A stretch of DNA of 64,000 bases from an uncultured Bacteroidales bacterium. Lineage in GTDB: Bacteria; Bacteroidota; Bacteroidia; Bacteroidales; WCHB1-69. Positions 21,030 through 29,791 of this stretch are shown here, one piece after another. Each line of letters begins with the position of its first letter. Position 1 is the first letter of the stretch. The notes below the pieces were generated by a model. It was not told the DNA's origin, made no database searches, and worked only from the letters and a program-made list of their open reading frames with translations. The stretch spans positions 4,201 through 68,200 of the forward strand of contig CAJOFD010000003.1 in the NCBI GenBank assembly GCA_905233585.1, given 5' to 3'. The translations under genes and the position numbers were made by a program.

Positions 21030-21074
21030 TAAAACGAAATGTGCAACTTTTTAAAACGAAATGTGCAACTTTTT
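21030..21074. repeat. prophage late-end transposase-binding repeats (2 tandem copies, 22-bp period)
   Basis: taaaacgaaatgtgcaacttttt occurs twice in tandem. It is the reverse complement of the sites at 54632-54649 and 54698-54715. Confidence 0.8.
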
Positions 21075-21174
21075 ACATTTTGAAGATTTATTTGTTTTTG
21101 TCTTGAGCTAATATCTTGCAACATGCGTAAATCGACAAAATGCCAATTATCCCGCAGAAAATAGTTTCCATATT

Positions 21175-21681
21175 TTATTCTTTTAAGATGACAGGCGAAA
21201 GACTGACTTGTTGTTTATGTTGCACCGCGGAAGTATCCACAATATTGCAGATGTATTCCTCAATGGAATCGACATAACGTCCGTGGTCGTGGTTGGGAAT
21301 GGATTGGGTCCGCATCCACTGATTGGAGTTGGAGGGAGCGAAGTTCTGCATGGCGGCCACGACTTTGTCGATAGTGTCCAAATAGCAGACCGCCTGCTGT
21401 TGGAACTCGTCGGGGACATAGTCGGCGGTATCGCTAAACCACGGCGTAACAATGTGCAACCTAATGGTTAGGTCGGCACATTGTTTTCTGTTGCCGAGGG
21501 TCTGCCAAGAGTGAGGCAAAAACTCAATAAAAACCGCCGGCAGATTAAAGGGGGTTTCTTCTTCGAGAAAATCGACCTGCCGGTTCCAGAGGTCGAAATG
21601 TTGGAAGAGTTGGATTCCGTTTTCGTCTTTTATCGTTTTGAGATGATTGACGATGTCGAGATATAATTGTTTTTTCATCAT
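21175..21681 (-). CDS. phage hypothetical protein (last gene of late operon)
   Basis: 168-aa ORF, tightly packed with the upstream gene; no recognisable motif. Confidence 0.5.
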   Translation of the reverse strand: MMKKQLYLDIVNHLKTIKDENGIQLFQHFDLWNRQVDFLEEETPFNLPAVFIEFLPHSWQTLGNRKQCADLTIRLHIVTPWFSDTADYVPDEFQQQAVCYLDTIDKVVAAMQNFAPSNSNQWMRTQSIPNHDHGRYVDSIEEYICNIVDTSAVQHKQQVSLSPVILKE

Positions 21682-21682
21682 G

Positions 21683-22777
21683 TTATTCTCCTATTAGTTC
21701 AGCGATAAACTGTTTTGTCGCAATATTCAAAGACCCTACCTTATTCCCGTCATCGTAGGTAACACACTCCAGCACCGTTGCGGGCTGTGGAAAATCGGGA
21801 ACGTATGTTCCCTCCTTTAGTCCATATTCATATATTACGCCATTTCTTACATCTTGCTCGTGTGGGAGTTGTTGATAGTCATTCATATCCTTGTCTGATA
21901 TTATAACATACGGATTAGTTCGTATTATAGAACTATCTTTCCAAACAAAAGTGTCCGGATTCGTTGTAGTTACACTTGCAAAACACGCTCCCAAAGAACC
22001 GTTATTTGACTGATAATCAATATTACTTGCAATAGATAAATTATAACCTAATAGTACAGCATTGTTTCGAAATACGAGATTTCCGCTTATAATTGCATCC
22101 TTTACATATGTTATTCCACCTGAAAGGGTTAGATTTCCGTTTACTGTTAAACTCATCGTTCGAAAGGGCTGGTAAGAGGTTTCATCCGTAGAAGATAATG
22201 CACCATTCCATATAACGTTACCGTTTATGATTACCGTTCTCCACGCTCTATATAATACCGCATTTATTTGTACGTTTGAAACTATATTACCGTTGATAGT
22301 GAGTGTATTACCGTAAAACGAAGAATCGTTTGCTAAAGATGCATTTATATTATTGCAATACACGTTACCGTTTATCGTATATGTATAACCCATATTTGAG
22401 CCTGATTTGTAAATTGCCGCACCGGAGCCGTTAAGATAAAAGTTACCATTGAAAAACGAATTATTATATGCATTTACAAATAAATAACTATCACCAACAT
22501 AATAATTCTTGAATGTAAGATTTAGAATTTTATAGGAGGTTGTTATTTGCCCACCATTTTTATTTGTGTACGGATTAATTTCATTTGAAATTGACGAATT
22601 ACTTAAATTTAATACTGTGTTAGCAGAAAAATTTATAATATAACCATCGAGGTATATATTATCACCATCTTGGGGAACTTGACCATAATCTTCAACTTGC
22701 TGTGTGTTTTCGTTGTAAAACTGCCAGATGGCTACATCTGACCAGTCACCGTTTTGTTTCGGAAAAACTATATTCAT
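21683..22777 (-). CDS. putative tail fibre / receptor-binding protein with beta-helix-like repeats
   Basis: Repeats TINGNIVSN, IINGNVIWNG, LTVNGNLTLSGG, ISGNLVFRNN. Located at the distal end of the tail module. Confidence 0.5.
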   Translation of the reverse strand: MNIVFPKQNGDWSDVAIWQFYNENTQQVEDYGQVPQDGDNIYLDGYIINFSANTVLNLSNSSISNEINPYTNKNGGQITTSYKILNLTFKNYYVGDSYLFVNAYNNSFFNGNFYLNGSGAAIYKSGSNMGYTYTINGNVYCNNINASLANDSSFYGNTLTINGNIVSNVQINAVLYRAWRTVIINGNVIWNGALSSTDETSYQPFRTMSLTVNGNLTLSGGITYVKDAIISGNLVFRNNAVLLGYNLSIASNIDYQSNNGSLGACFASVTTTNPDTFVWKDSSIIRTNPYVIISDKDMNDYQQLPHEQDVRNGVIYEYGLKEGTYVPDFPQPATVLECVTYDDGNKVGSLNIATKQFIAELIGE

Positions 22778-22781
22778 ACCA

Positions 22782-22937
22782 CTACAAGTCTTTAATTATT
22801 TGTTTGAGTTGTTCAACTATCGCTTGTGCTTCTTCGCTGTCTGTGTTGAACACCTTTGTCTTACCTAAACCATTTATGCACAACATAAAGTTGTTTGTTT
22901 CTTCGTTCTCTGTGTAATTGATTAAAATCTGTTTCAT
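22782..22937 (-). CDS. small phage hypothetical protein (51 aa)
   Basis: Found by my own translation (below the track cutoff): MKQILINYTENEETNNFMLCINGLGKTKVFNTDSEEAQAIVEQLKQIIKDL. It fills the gap between two minus-strand genes. Confidence 0.3.
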   Translation of the reverse strand: MKQILINYTENEETNNFMLCINGLGKTKVFNTDSEEAQAIVEQLKQIIKDL

Positions 22938-22950
22938 AATAATAATATTT

Positions 22951-23637
22951 TTATTGATTGTTAGTTACTAAGTTATATCTGTCGTTCCATGCTACGTTGT
23001 TAAATCTGTGTATTGTAAGAATATTATTGACATACCAAAGCACCTTAATAGACCACGTTTCATCGCTCGTTTGTGCCGCCTTGTTATTGCGACCTATAAA
23101 AGTGCAGTCGCCCTCGTTGTTGAAATTAGGCTGCCAGTCTGTCAGCACTTTCAGTTGCCACATGTCTGACAACGCTTCGTTTAAGCCTGTAATGGCGGAT
23201 ATTGTGTGCTGGTCTGGGTCGTTGCGGTGGGTGGCGGCATTGTGGTCGAAAAGCAATATGGTGCTGACATTTTCCACAATCGTGTAAGAGGCATTGTTGC
23301 CACCCATTGCCACGAGTTCCACCTGCGTAAGTTCCCTTATTCGGATATGCTGAGTATTGTCGGGAAAACGATTGTTATCTACAAAAAATGTTGCAGTTCT
23401 TGTAAGTGTCCCGGGTGCTAATTTATGTTCTGCAAATGTAACATGCAACTTGCTATTGTCGTCTTCATCTATGTAGCAGTTGTTGCCCTGTCCGTTACGG
23501 AATGAGGCGGAAAAAGATGTGTATTTATCCGTTTGGTAACACAGTTCTATGTTGAGCGTGTTGATGTCTATCGGCTCGCCGTTGGCATCAAGGAACTGCT
23601 CGATGAGTTCAAAGTCGGATTTAAAATATATTTTCAT
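22951..23637 (-). CDS. phage hypothetical protein (tail-fibre region)
   Basis: 228-aa ORF with a 4-nt overlap with the upstream gene. Confidence 0.45.
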   Translation of the reverse strand: MKIYFKSDFELIEQFLDANGEPIDINTLNIELCYQTDKYTSFSASFRNGQGNNCYIDEDDNSKLHVTFAEHKLAPGTLTRTATFFVDNNRFPDNTQHIRIRELTQVELVAMGGNNASYTIVENVSTILLFDHNAATHRNDPDQHTISAITGLNEALSDMWQLKVLTDWQPNFNNEGDCTFIGRNNKAAQTSDETWSIKVLWYVNNILTIHRFNNVAWNDRYNLVTNNQ

Positions 23638-24125
23638 TTTTTAAATAATTGGTTTAATTTTCTTTCTATTTCATTGATGATAAGTTCGTTTAAATCATCT
23701 GATTCTCCCATAAACTGTCGTTTGGGCATAATAAAACCTTTACCTCTACCTGCCTTAAGTCCTTCATTATGGACACGCCCGTAAGGTTCTTTGGAACGAA
23801 AAACAGAGGGTGAAGTCCATACCACAACTTGTCCTTTGGTAACAGATTTTACTTCTATCGACCTGCCAAGGTCGCCGGTCTCTGTTAATATGGGATGTTC
23901 TGTCCGTGCCGGATTGTGTTTTGCGGCATATTTGTATGCTTTGCTGCCGGCAGTCCTGCGCTGCACCTCTTTCCATTTTGTTCTTCCCCATGCCTCATTC
24001 TGGAAATTCTGTTTGAAATACGAAACCGCTGTATTGCCGGCGATTTTGGGTGCGTGTTTATCAAAAAGGTCTTTAAAATCCCTTTCAAGCCTTTTTAGTT
24101 CCTTGTTAAAACCTTCAGGTGTCAT
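23634..24125 (-). CDS. virion morphogenesis protein (Mu gpG-like)
   Basis: I moved the start to MTPEGFNKELK (ATG 24125), abutting the upstream stop at 24127. The C-terminal GRGKGFIMPKRQFMG resembles the gpG/Phage_tail_S family as I recall it. Confidence 0.45.
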   Translation of the reverse strand: MTPEGFNKELKRLERDFKDLFDKHAPKIAGNTAVSYFKQNFQNEAWGRTKWKEVQRRTAGSKAYKYAAKHNPARTEHPILTETGDLGRSIEVKSVTKGQVVVWTSPSVFRSKEPYGRVHNEGLKAGRGKGFIMPKRQFMGESDDLNELIINEIERKLNQLFKK

Positions 24126-24126
24126 A

Positions 24127-24543
24127 TTAATATTGATTATTACGTTTATTGTTACCGCCAAAAGAAACATAGGAAGAAGTTCCGGTGGTACCGGTGAGAC
24201 GTGTAAGACCATCGATAGAAGCTCTTTCGGCCTGCACTTCTTTCAGAAATGCAATTGCATCTTTGTAAGCGTCTCTTCTGCTGTCTGGCATGTTGACTGG
24301 GTTTGAAATCTGATAGCAGTTATAAATTGCGATGTCCCTTACAAGTTTTATGACCATCGTATTTCTGTCTGTTCCTGTTTTAGTCCACTCCGCTCGTATA
24401 TCATATCTTGCAGTCAAATAGGATTCGACTTCGGCCTGAGCCTCGGCAATGGCTTGTAGGGCGTTGTCTTCGTTGCGGGTGATAACTGCCAAAATTTCGC
24501 GGTGTATGCCTTTGGAAAGGTCTTGTAAAGTAAGGTATGCCAT
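24127..24543 (-). CDS. DUF1320 / Mu gp36-like head-tail connector protein
   Basis: MAYLTLQDLSKGIHREILAVITRNEDNALQAIAEAQAEVESYLTARYDI is the characteristic DUF1320 N-terminus. Confidence 0.65.
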   Translation of the reverse strand: MAYLTLQDLSKGIHREILAVITRNEDNALQAIAEAQAEVESYLTARYDIRAEWTKTGTDRNTMVIKLVRDIAIYNCYQISNPVNMPDSRRDAYKDAIAFLKEVQAERASIDGLTRLTGTTGTSSYVSFGGNNKRNNQY

Positions 24544-24547
24544 ATTT

Positions 24548-24850
24548 CTAAATATTTATTGTTAATATATAATGTCCATCGTTGCTCATCAGGATATAAT
24601 TCCCGTCGTTGCTGGTGATTTGTGTTTCTTCGCTTTTGTCTGAAGCGGTTGCGGGTGTGATGCCATTGTCGGCAAAATAATCTGCAACTTTCTGGTTGCT
24701 CTTTTCCGGAACATCTATTTCTATTCCTGACAGTTCTACTGTTAGGGACAGGTCATTGTTCTCGGCAATCTCAAAAACAGCCTCAACATCTCCGCATGAC
24801 GATACGGCTATATCCATCAACGTCTGTCTGTCTTTTGCTTTCATAGCCAA
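24548..24850 (-). CDS. phage hypothetical protein
   Basis: 100-aa ORF in the late operon. Confidence 0.45.
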   Translation of the reverse strand: MAMKAKDRQTLMDIAVSSCGDVEAVFEIAENNDLSLTVELSGIEIDVPEKSNQKVADYFADNGITPATASDKSEETQITSNDGNYILMSNDGHYILTINI

Positions 24851-25665
24851 ATATCTCCCGCTATCTGTATTTTTTGTGCGGCCGTATTCTCAACAACACT
24901 ATGATTATTACAAATGATATTGGTTATTGTGTCGCCATAATCTTGTGTAATATATCCGGAAGCAACAGAGCCAAACATTGATACTTGCAATGGGTGAGTG
25001 TAGTTGCCACTTGTACCCAATAAAGCATTAATACTATCTACGATTTCGCCCGCCATGCTTATCGTGCGTGTTTTACCTTGAACCAATTGGCTTCTTGACA
25101 ATTCCAAATCTATATGAAAATGCTTTTTCCCAACCATGGGACGGACAAAACATTTGTTCTTTGTTATATTCCAATTGCTGTCCGGCAGTATGAATACGCT
25201 GTCGACAATATTTGTTGTTTTTATACCCAACACTTCTTCCAAAGTGTAGTATTTCCAAAACATGTTGCCGCCAGCCGAATATGTCAGGGTATATTTTTCC
25301 TCAACAATACAGTCTGCATATTCCGTTACGCCGTCAGTGCCGATGATGGTGGTACTTACATTGGCTGGAGTCAGAACAAAGTTTTGCGGATTTGCCTGCA
25401 AATTGGCCATGTTTGATATTTGATTTGTCGGCACCAATGTTCCTGTTCCGGCAACCTTGACTATTTCACTTCTGCTATTGCCATAATATAAAAACATATA
25501 CGCTGACAATGCAGTTGTTCCGCTCATTTGCACTGCCGTTCCGTTGGGCAATCCTAATCCGTCCAACACTCTGACTATCATCTGAAAGTTGTCCTCAATG
25601 GCCAGCAAAGTTTCTTTCGTTACCGGATAAATTCCGTTCCTATTTATATCATTCAATCTGTTCAT
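24841..25665 (-). CDS. putative tail fibre / distal baseplate protein
   Basis: 274-aa ORF directly after the gpI-position gene (Mu S position). Confidence 0.4.
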   Translation of the reverse strand: MNRLNDINRNGIYPVTKETLLAIEDNFQMIVRVLDGLGLPNGTAVQMSGTTALSAYMFLYYGNSRSEIVKVAGTGTLVPTNQISNMANLQANPQNFVLTPANVSTTIIGTDGVTEYADCIVEEKYTLTYSAGGNMFWKYYTLEEVLGIKTTNIVDSVFILPDSNWNITKNKCFVRPMVGKKHFHIDLELSRSQLVQGKTRTISMAGEIVDSINALLGTSGNYTHPLQVSMFGSVASGYITQDYGDTITNIICNNHSVVENTAAQKIQIAGDIWL

Positions 25666-25677
25666 ATCTGTTATTTT

Positions 25678-26130
25678 TTAGTTGTAAATTACTATCCTGT
25701 ATGTTGTTCCTGCCAATTTATATCTGTCAACAAGAGCTTTTATGATGTTCGTTTTGCCGGCAAGTCCGCTCGGAACATACACCACAAAACCGTTGTATCC
25801 GATGTCGGCTGCCGCCAACAACCCCCAAAAGCCTATTTCTTTCGGTTTGTACTCTGCATTTTCCCATACACCATCAACAACATTGTATGGAGAATCTTCT
25901 ATGTATATGCCGCCAGTTTCAAGTTTGTCGTTCAACAATTTTTGCAATTTGGGCATTTGGGCATTGTAGGAAAGTGCCTTTTCTTCTTCTTGCTTAAATA
26001 TCTGAAATTTATAATACAATTTCTTCAACGGCTTTATGAGAACCTCTATTAAATCCACCACATTGCCACGCAACCGTATCGGCAACGACTGAACGATAAA
26101 CTTCCTGAAATTCAAATCATACTTGCTCAT
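25678..26130 (-). CDS. baseplate/tail protein (Mu gp48 / P2 gpI position)
   Basis: 150-aa ORF following the J-like gene; called by synteny only. Confidence 0.4.
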   Translation of the reverse strand: MSKYDLNFRKFIVQSLPIRLRGNVVDLIEVLIKPLKKLYYKFQIFKQEEEKALSYNAQMPKLQKLLNDKLETGGIYIEDSPYNVVDGVWENAEYKPKEIGFWGLLAAADIGYNGFVVYVPSGLAGKTNIIKALVDRYKLAGTTYRIVIYN

Positions 26131-26132
26131 TG

Positions 26133-27032
26133 TTAATTATCAATTATCACTTCCAAATTAGTTAATGTCAAATACCCTGACTGCGGGGTGTAATAGGTGT
26201 TTCCCGTAATATCTTCTGCTGGATGTCCCGCATGGGTGGCCAGCAGACTGTTCACCTGTGCTATCTCTATCCCTTCTACTGTCTGAAGGTGGTCTATCAT
26301 GGTCATGCCTACAAATTGCCCGTTGAATTCAATGCTGTTTAAATACTTTTTAATCGCTGTTTCAATGGCATTTTCCACATCAGCCCGTGTCCCGAATATA
26401 AGAGGGTTGTAAACAACCTTCACCGACACATCTAAACTGTCGGCAGGCTCATTGATAACAGTAATCGGAATGCCTGCCGGTTTTATCCGGTTAATATACG
26501 TTTCTGCCATGCTTGCTTCCGCAGAACTTAACGGAGTGGGTATCCCATTGCCGTCATCTTTGGCTATCTTTATCAATACGCTGTGACCATTGTCTGTTGC
26601 ACTTGCATATTTGATTATTTGCAAATCTTCTATTTCCTGTGGTGTTAAACCGGTATCGGCATATTCCGTGCCTTCGGCAAAATCCGCATCGCTATGGCTA
26701 TAGTCATTTTCTATATCCTGACCGTAACGAAAGGCTTTCATCTTCTTGGCATACCATCCCGCATACCCATAGCGTTCTTTGTCCACCACGTGCTGTACAT
26801 CGCTTTTGAACCAATCCATCATGTTCTCCAACGCTGCCATACAGGTGGCCACCACAAAAATAAGACAACTTTCCACACTTACCTTGCTGAAGTTGTATTC
26901 ATAGTATGCCAATTGCGTTGCTTCATCACCATCGGCGTCATATCCTGTCAAACCGTATGCTGACCGCAATGTTTCATTCCTGACGAATGCCACTTTTATC
27001 TCTTCTGCTGTTTCTTTTATTGTTCTTGCCAT
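26133..27032 (-). CDS. baseplate J-like protein (Mu gp47 position)
   Basis: 299 aa. Size and synteny (V-like, W-like, J-like, I-like order). Confidence 0.5.
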   Translation of the reverse strand: MARTIKETAEEIKVAFVRNETLRSAYGLTGYDADGDEATQLAYYEYNFSKVSVESCLIFVVATCMAALENMMDWFKSDVQHVVDKERYGYAGWYAKKMKAFRYGQDIENDYSHSDADFAEGTEYADTGLTPQEIEDLQIIKYASATDNGHSVLIKIAKDDGNGIPTPLSSAEASMAETYINRIKPAGIPITVINEPADSLDVSVKVVYNPLIFGTRADVENAIETAIKKYLNSIEFNGQFVGMTMIDHLQTVEGIEIAQVNSLLATHAGHPAEDITGNTYYTPQSGYLTLTNLEVIIDN

Positions 27033-27034
27033 AT

Positions 27035-27310
27035 CTATTTCAATTCTATTTCTATATCGTCATCAACTACTTTTATTCTTTCTACTTCAACCTTGCAATA
27101 CTTCAATTGATTCTTTACATTTCCCGCCCAAAAACTATCAGGACGGCCGGCGATCATGTTTTTTGCATTCCCGCCAAGGGTCGGCTCGTGTTTGTATTCT
27201 CCTGTAAAGGCTCGTGTCAGATGTTCCGCCACCTGTGCTTTCACTTCGCCTATAACAAGGCTGCCTCCTTTTATCTGCAAATCTCCGTCTTCTACTATTA
27301 TTCCTCGCAT
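27035..27310 (-). CDS. small baseplate protein (Mu gp46 / gp25-W position)
   Basis: 91 aa, between the spike-like and J-like genes. Confidence 0.4.
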   Translation of the reverse strand: MRGIIVEDGDLQIKGGSLVIGEVKAQVAEHLTRAFTGEYKHEPTLGGNAKNMIAGRPDSFWAGNVKNQLKYCKVEVERIKVVDDDIEIELK

Positions 27311-27314
27311 TTTT

Positions 27315-27821
27315 CTAATGTTTTATTTTGTCATCTTGATAATCATTGATATTAAATTTCTCTGCTTGATTAGTTGTTACTGCAGCAGTACCGGATTGTG
27401 CTACTGCAGAGCCTTCCGTGCTGACTGCATGTGTGTGATTATTGAAGGTATCTACTAAAGCATTTAATTGCTTTGTCAGGTCTTTTATGTTTATCAGTCC
27501 GCCATTGTCGCCGCCGTTGATGGTGATTTTGTCGCATTGTATGTCCACACTGTCTATTTCGCTGTACAGGCTGACATAGTAATTAAAATCGTCTATTCTT
27601 GCCACCAATACAAAACTGTCTGCTTTGGGTTTTATCACCATGCCGACGCTCTCGTCCGACAGCTCGTTCAAGCGTACTCCTGCTATTTTCAAATTATCAC
27701 CTTGACGCACCACGGTACAGGTGGCTCCGTCCACCTTTTGCACTTGGGCGACAAAGCAGTTTTGAGGTATTTTCCCCATAATGGCTTTTAGCAAATTCGC
27801 ACATTCTCTTTCTTTACTCAT
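27315..27821 (-). CDS. baseplate spike / assembly protein V-like (Mu gp45 position)
   Basis: Start reassigned to MSKERECANLL (ATG 27821), giving an ATGA overlap with the upstream stop. OB-fold-like N-terminal half; C-terminal HTH-free spike-like NHTHAVSTEGSAV segment. Confidence 0.5.
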   Translation of the reverse strand: MSKERECANLLKAIMGKIPQNCFVAQVQKVDGATCTVVRQGDNLKIAGVRLNELSDESVGMVIKPKADSFVLVARIDDFNYYVSLYSEIDSVDIQCDKITINGGDNGGLINIKDLTKQLNALVDTFNNHTHAVSTEGSAVAQSGTAAVTTNQAEKFNINDYQDDKIKH

Positions 27822-28831
27822 TTTATTGCGTATCCTAAGGTTATCACTTGTCTGTATCCTGATGTCCCGAACTTGTATTCCACTGCATCCACCCAAAATT
27901 TTCGTCCGTCTCTTTCTTTGCGTAGCTTGTCTTGCAGTCTGACAATATCGCCTTTTCGCACGTAAGGAACTCCGAATCCGGTGATGTTTCCTGTCATTTT
28001 GTCACAAGCATATTCATTGTATATTTTTTCCGCTGCAGCTTTCAGTTCCGTCTGGGTTTTCATGCCGGAAAAGTAAAAATGTCGCTGCTCATAGTCGCTT
28101 TTGACCGATTTGCCGCTCACATCTATTGCCTCTTGGGGAACTATACATTCCAACTTCGTGTTGTCTGTTTGTATGCTGGTGGCTTTTACGGCTATTTTCA
28201 CATCATCTTTCGTGGTGTATTTCAAACTGTCGCTTATCTGATTCCTTTCGGGGTCAAAAGTCAATATTCTTCCATTGGCCAATGCCTTGTGGGTGGTGAT
28301 GCCGTAAAACACGCCCTCTCTGAAAAAGCCTTTCAGCCACGGATAGGTGGATATCAATTTGTCCAATGCTTGGGCAAGTGTCTGCTGGTCTATTTTTACT
28401 TGACCGAAATTTACTTCGTCCGGCAGTTCGATCCAGAGCTCCGGAACATATTTCTTCATCCATTTTTTGAAGTCAAAATGCTCAATAATTTCCGCATCCA
28501 CATTGATGGACTTAAACAACCTCATCTCGTTTTCGCAATAGATGACTATTTCCTTGATGGTGTTTTCCACGCTTTTGATATAGCCTTTAAACACCATTTC
28601 CATGTTTCCCATTTCCGCATAGCCGAGTTTTATGATTATGGCATCATCCACATTTACAAAGTCTGTCAAGGCTTTTCCTTGCCATTGCATCTTGCGTGGA
28701 ACCTTCAATACCGCCGTATCGGTAAGGTTTTTGCATGATGTTTTTATTAAAATATCATTGCAATAGTCAAACGTAATAGTTTTTTTACTATCTTTGCACT
28801 TGATTTCTATGTCACACTTTAAACTTAACAT
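27818..28831 (-). CDS. baseplate hub protein (Mu gpP / late-control-D-like position)
   Basis: 337 aa, downstream of the tape measure and the gp43-position gene. Confidence 0.45.
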   Translation of the reverse strand: MLSLKCDIEIKCKDSKKTITFDYCNDILIKTSCKNLTDTAVLKVPRKMQWQGKALTDFVNVDDAIIIKLGYAEMGNMEMVFKGYIKSVENTIKEIVIYCENEMRLFKSINVDAEIIEHFDFKKWMKKYVPELWIELPDEVNFGQVKIDQQTLAQALDKLISTYPWLKGFFREGVFYGITTHKALANGRILTFDPERNQISDSLKYTTKDDVKIAVKATSIQTDNTKLECIVPQEAIDVSGKSVKSDYEQRHFYFSGMKTQTELKAAAEKIYNEYACDKMTGNITGFGVPYVRKGDIVRLQDKLRKERDGRKFWVDAVEYKFGTSGYRQVITLGYAIK

Positions 28832-28834
28832 ACT

Positions 28835-29170
28835 ATGAAACGTTTATCATTAATCCTGTTAGCCATTTGCACACTGCTGGTATGTTCTTCATCTACTACG
28901 GACCCAACTTTCAATAAGGAAAATAAAACCTGCAAAGGCATTTCATTGGATGGAAGAGTGAAATTTGTAGAGCATAATGCTACATTTAAAGTATATGTTG
29001 CACCATCTGGAGGAAGTGCTGATATTATAGTACTTTTAAATACCAGTAGATACCTTTCGGATTGTGCAAATTGGAAGACTGCAGAAGAAGAACGTAATTC
29101 TGACTTTACCATCCAATTTGTCGGTAGTAGTGATGATGCTGACTTCTCCATTTGGTTTCTTGATTACTAA
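28835..29170 (+). CDS. prophage-encoded lipoprotein, antisense moron
   Basis: MKRLSLILLAICTLLVCSSS lipobox. It exactly fills the gap between two minus-strand tail genes. Its own TATCTTTG -7 box lies at 28789-28796. Confidence 0.7.
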   Translation: MKRLSLILLAICTLLVCSSSTTDPTFNKENKTCKGISLDGRVKFVEHNATFKVYVAPSGGSADIIVLLNTSRYLSDCANWKTAEEERNSDFTIQFVGSSDDADFSIWFLDY

Positions 29171-29739
29171 TCTTCTACTAAAAAATCATAATTTGTATCA
29201 CTCCACAATGTAATGGAATAGGGCATTACATTAAAATAATTCATGCCGTTTTGCAGAAAATCCGCATTTTTTACTACCACTTGTGTAATGTCATAAATGC
29301 CGTTCAAAAACTTGCTGCTGACATACATTTTTTTGTTAATCGCCAAAATTTGCTGTAAAAACCACAAGTCTTCGTAAGGAAATCCCTGCACACCTTCTTT
29401 TCTAATCGTGCCTTTGAGGGTAATCACATAGTCTTTGGTATAGATGTATTCTTTTACGCTGCCATTTCGATTTACCAATAAAGTTTGTTCTATTTGTTTG
29501 TCAAGTTTTACATCAATTTTGCAGTCGTCAAACACCACATTTACGCCGCTTTGCGGATTCACATTTTCATGCAATATCACCTCATTGATGGTTTGGCTCC
29601 TTTCGTTGAGCAACTTTTCTTCGTTGGTGGTCTCTATCACTATGTCGCTTAATGCTGTCCGGTAGAGTTTTTCCTTTATTGCACTCACCGCTGCACTTTC
29701 TACGCCTGTTCTGCTCGGTATGATTATCTTTATTGCCAT
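29167..29739 (-). CDS. tail protein (Mu gp43 position)
   Basis: 190-aa ORF directly after the tape measure gene. Confidence 0.35.
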   Translation of the reverse strand: MAIKIIIPSRTGVESAAVSAIKEKLYRTALSDIVIETTNEEKLLNERSQTINEVILHENVNPQSGVNVVFDDCKIDVKLDKQIEQTLLVNRNGSVKEYIYTKDYVITLKGTIRKEGVQGFPYEDLWFLQQILAINKKMYVSSKFLNGIYDITQVVVKNADFLQNGMNYFNVMPYSITLWSDTNYDFLVED

Positions 29740-29791
29740 AATTCCACTAATTATTCATTGTTAATTGTACATTGTCAATTGTTAATTTTCA

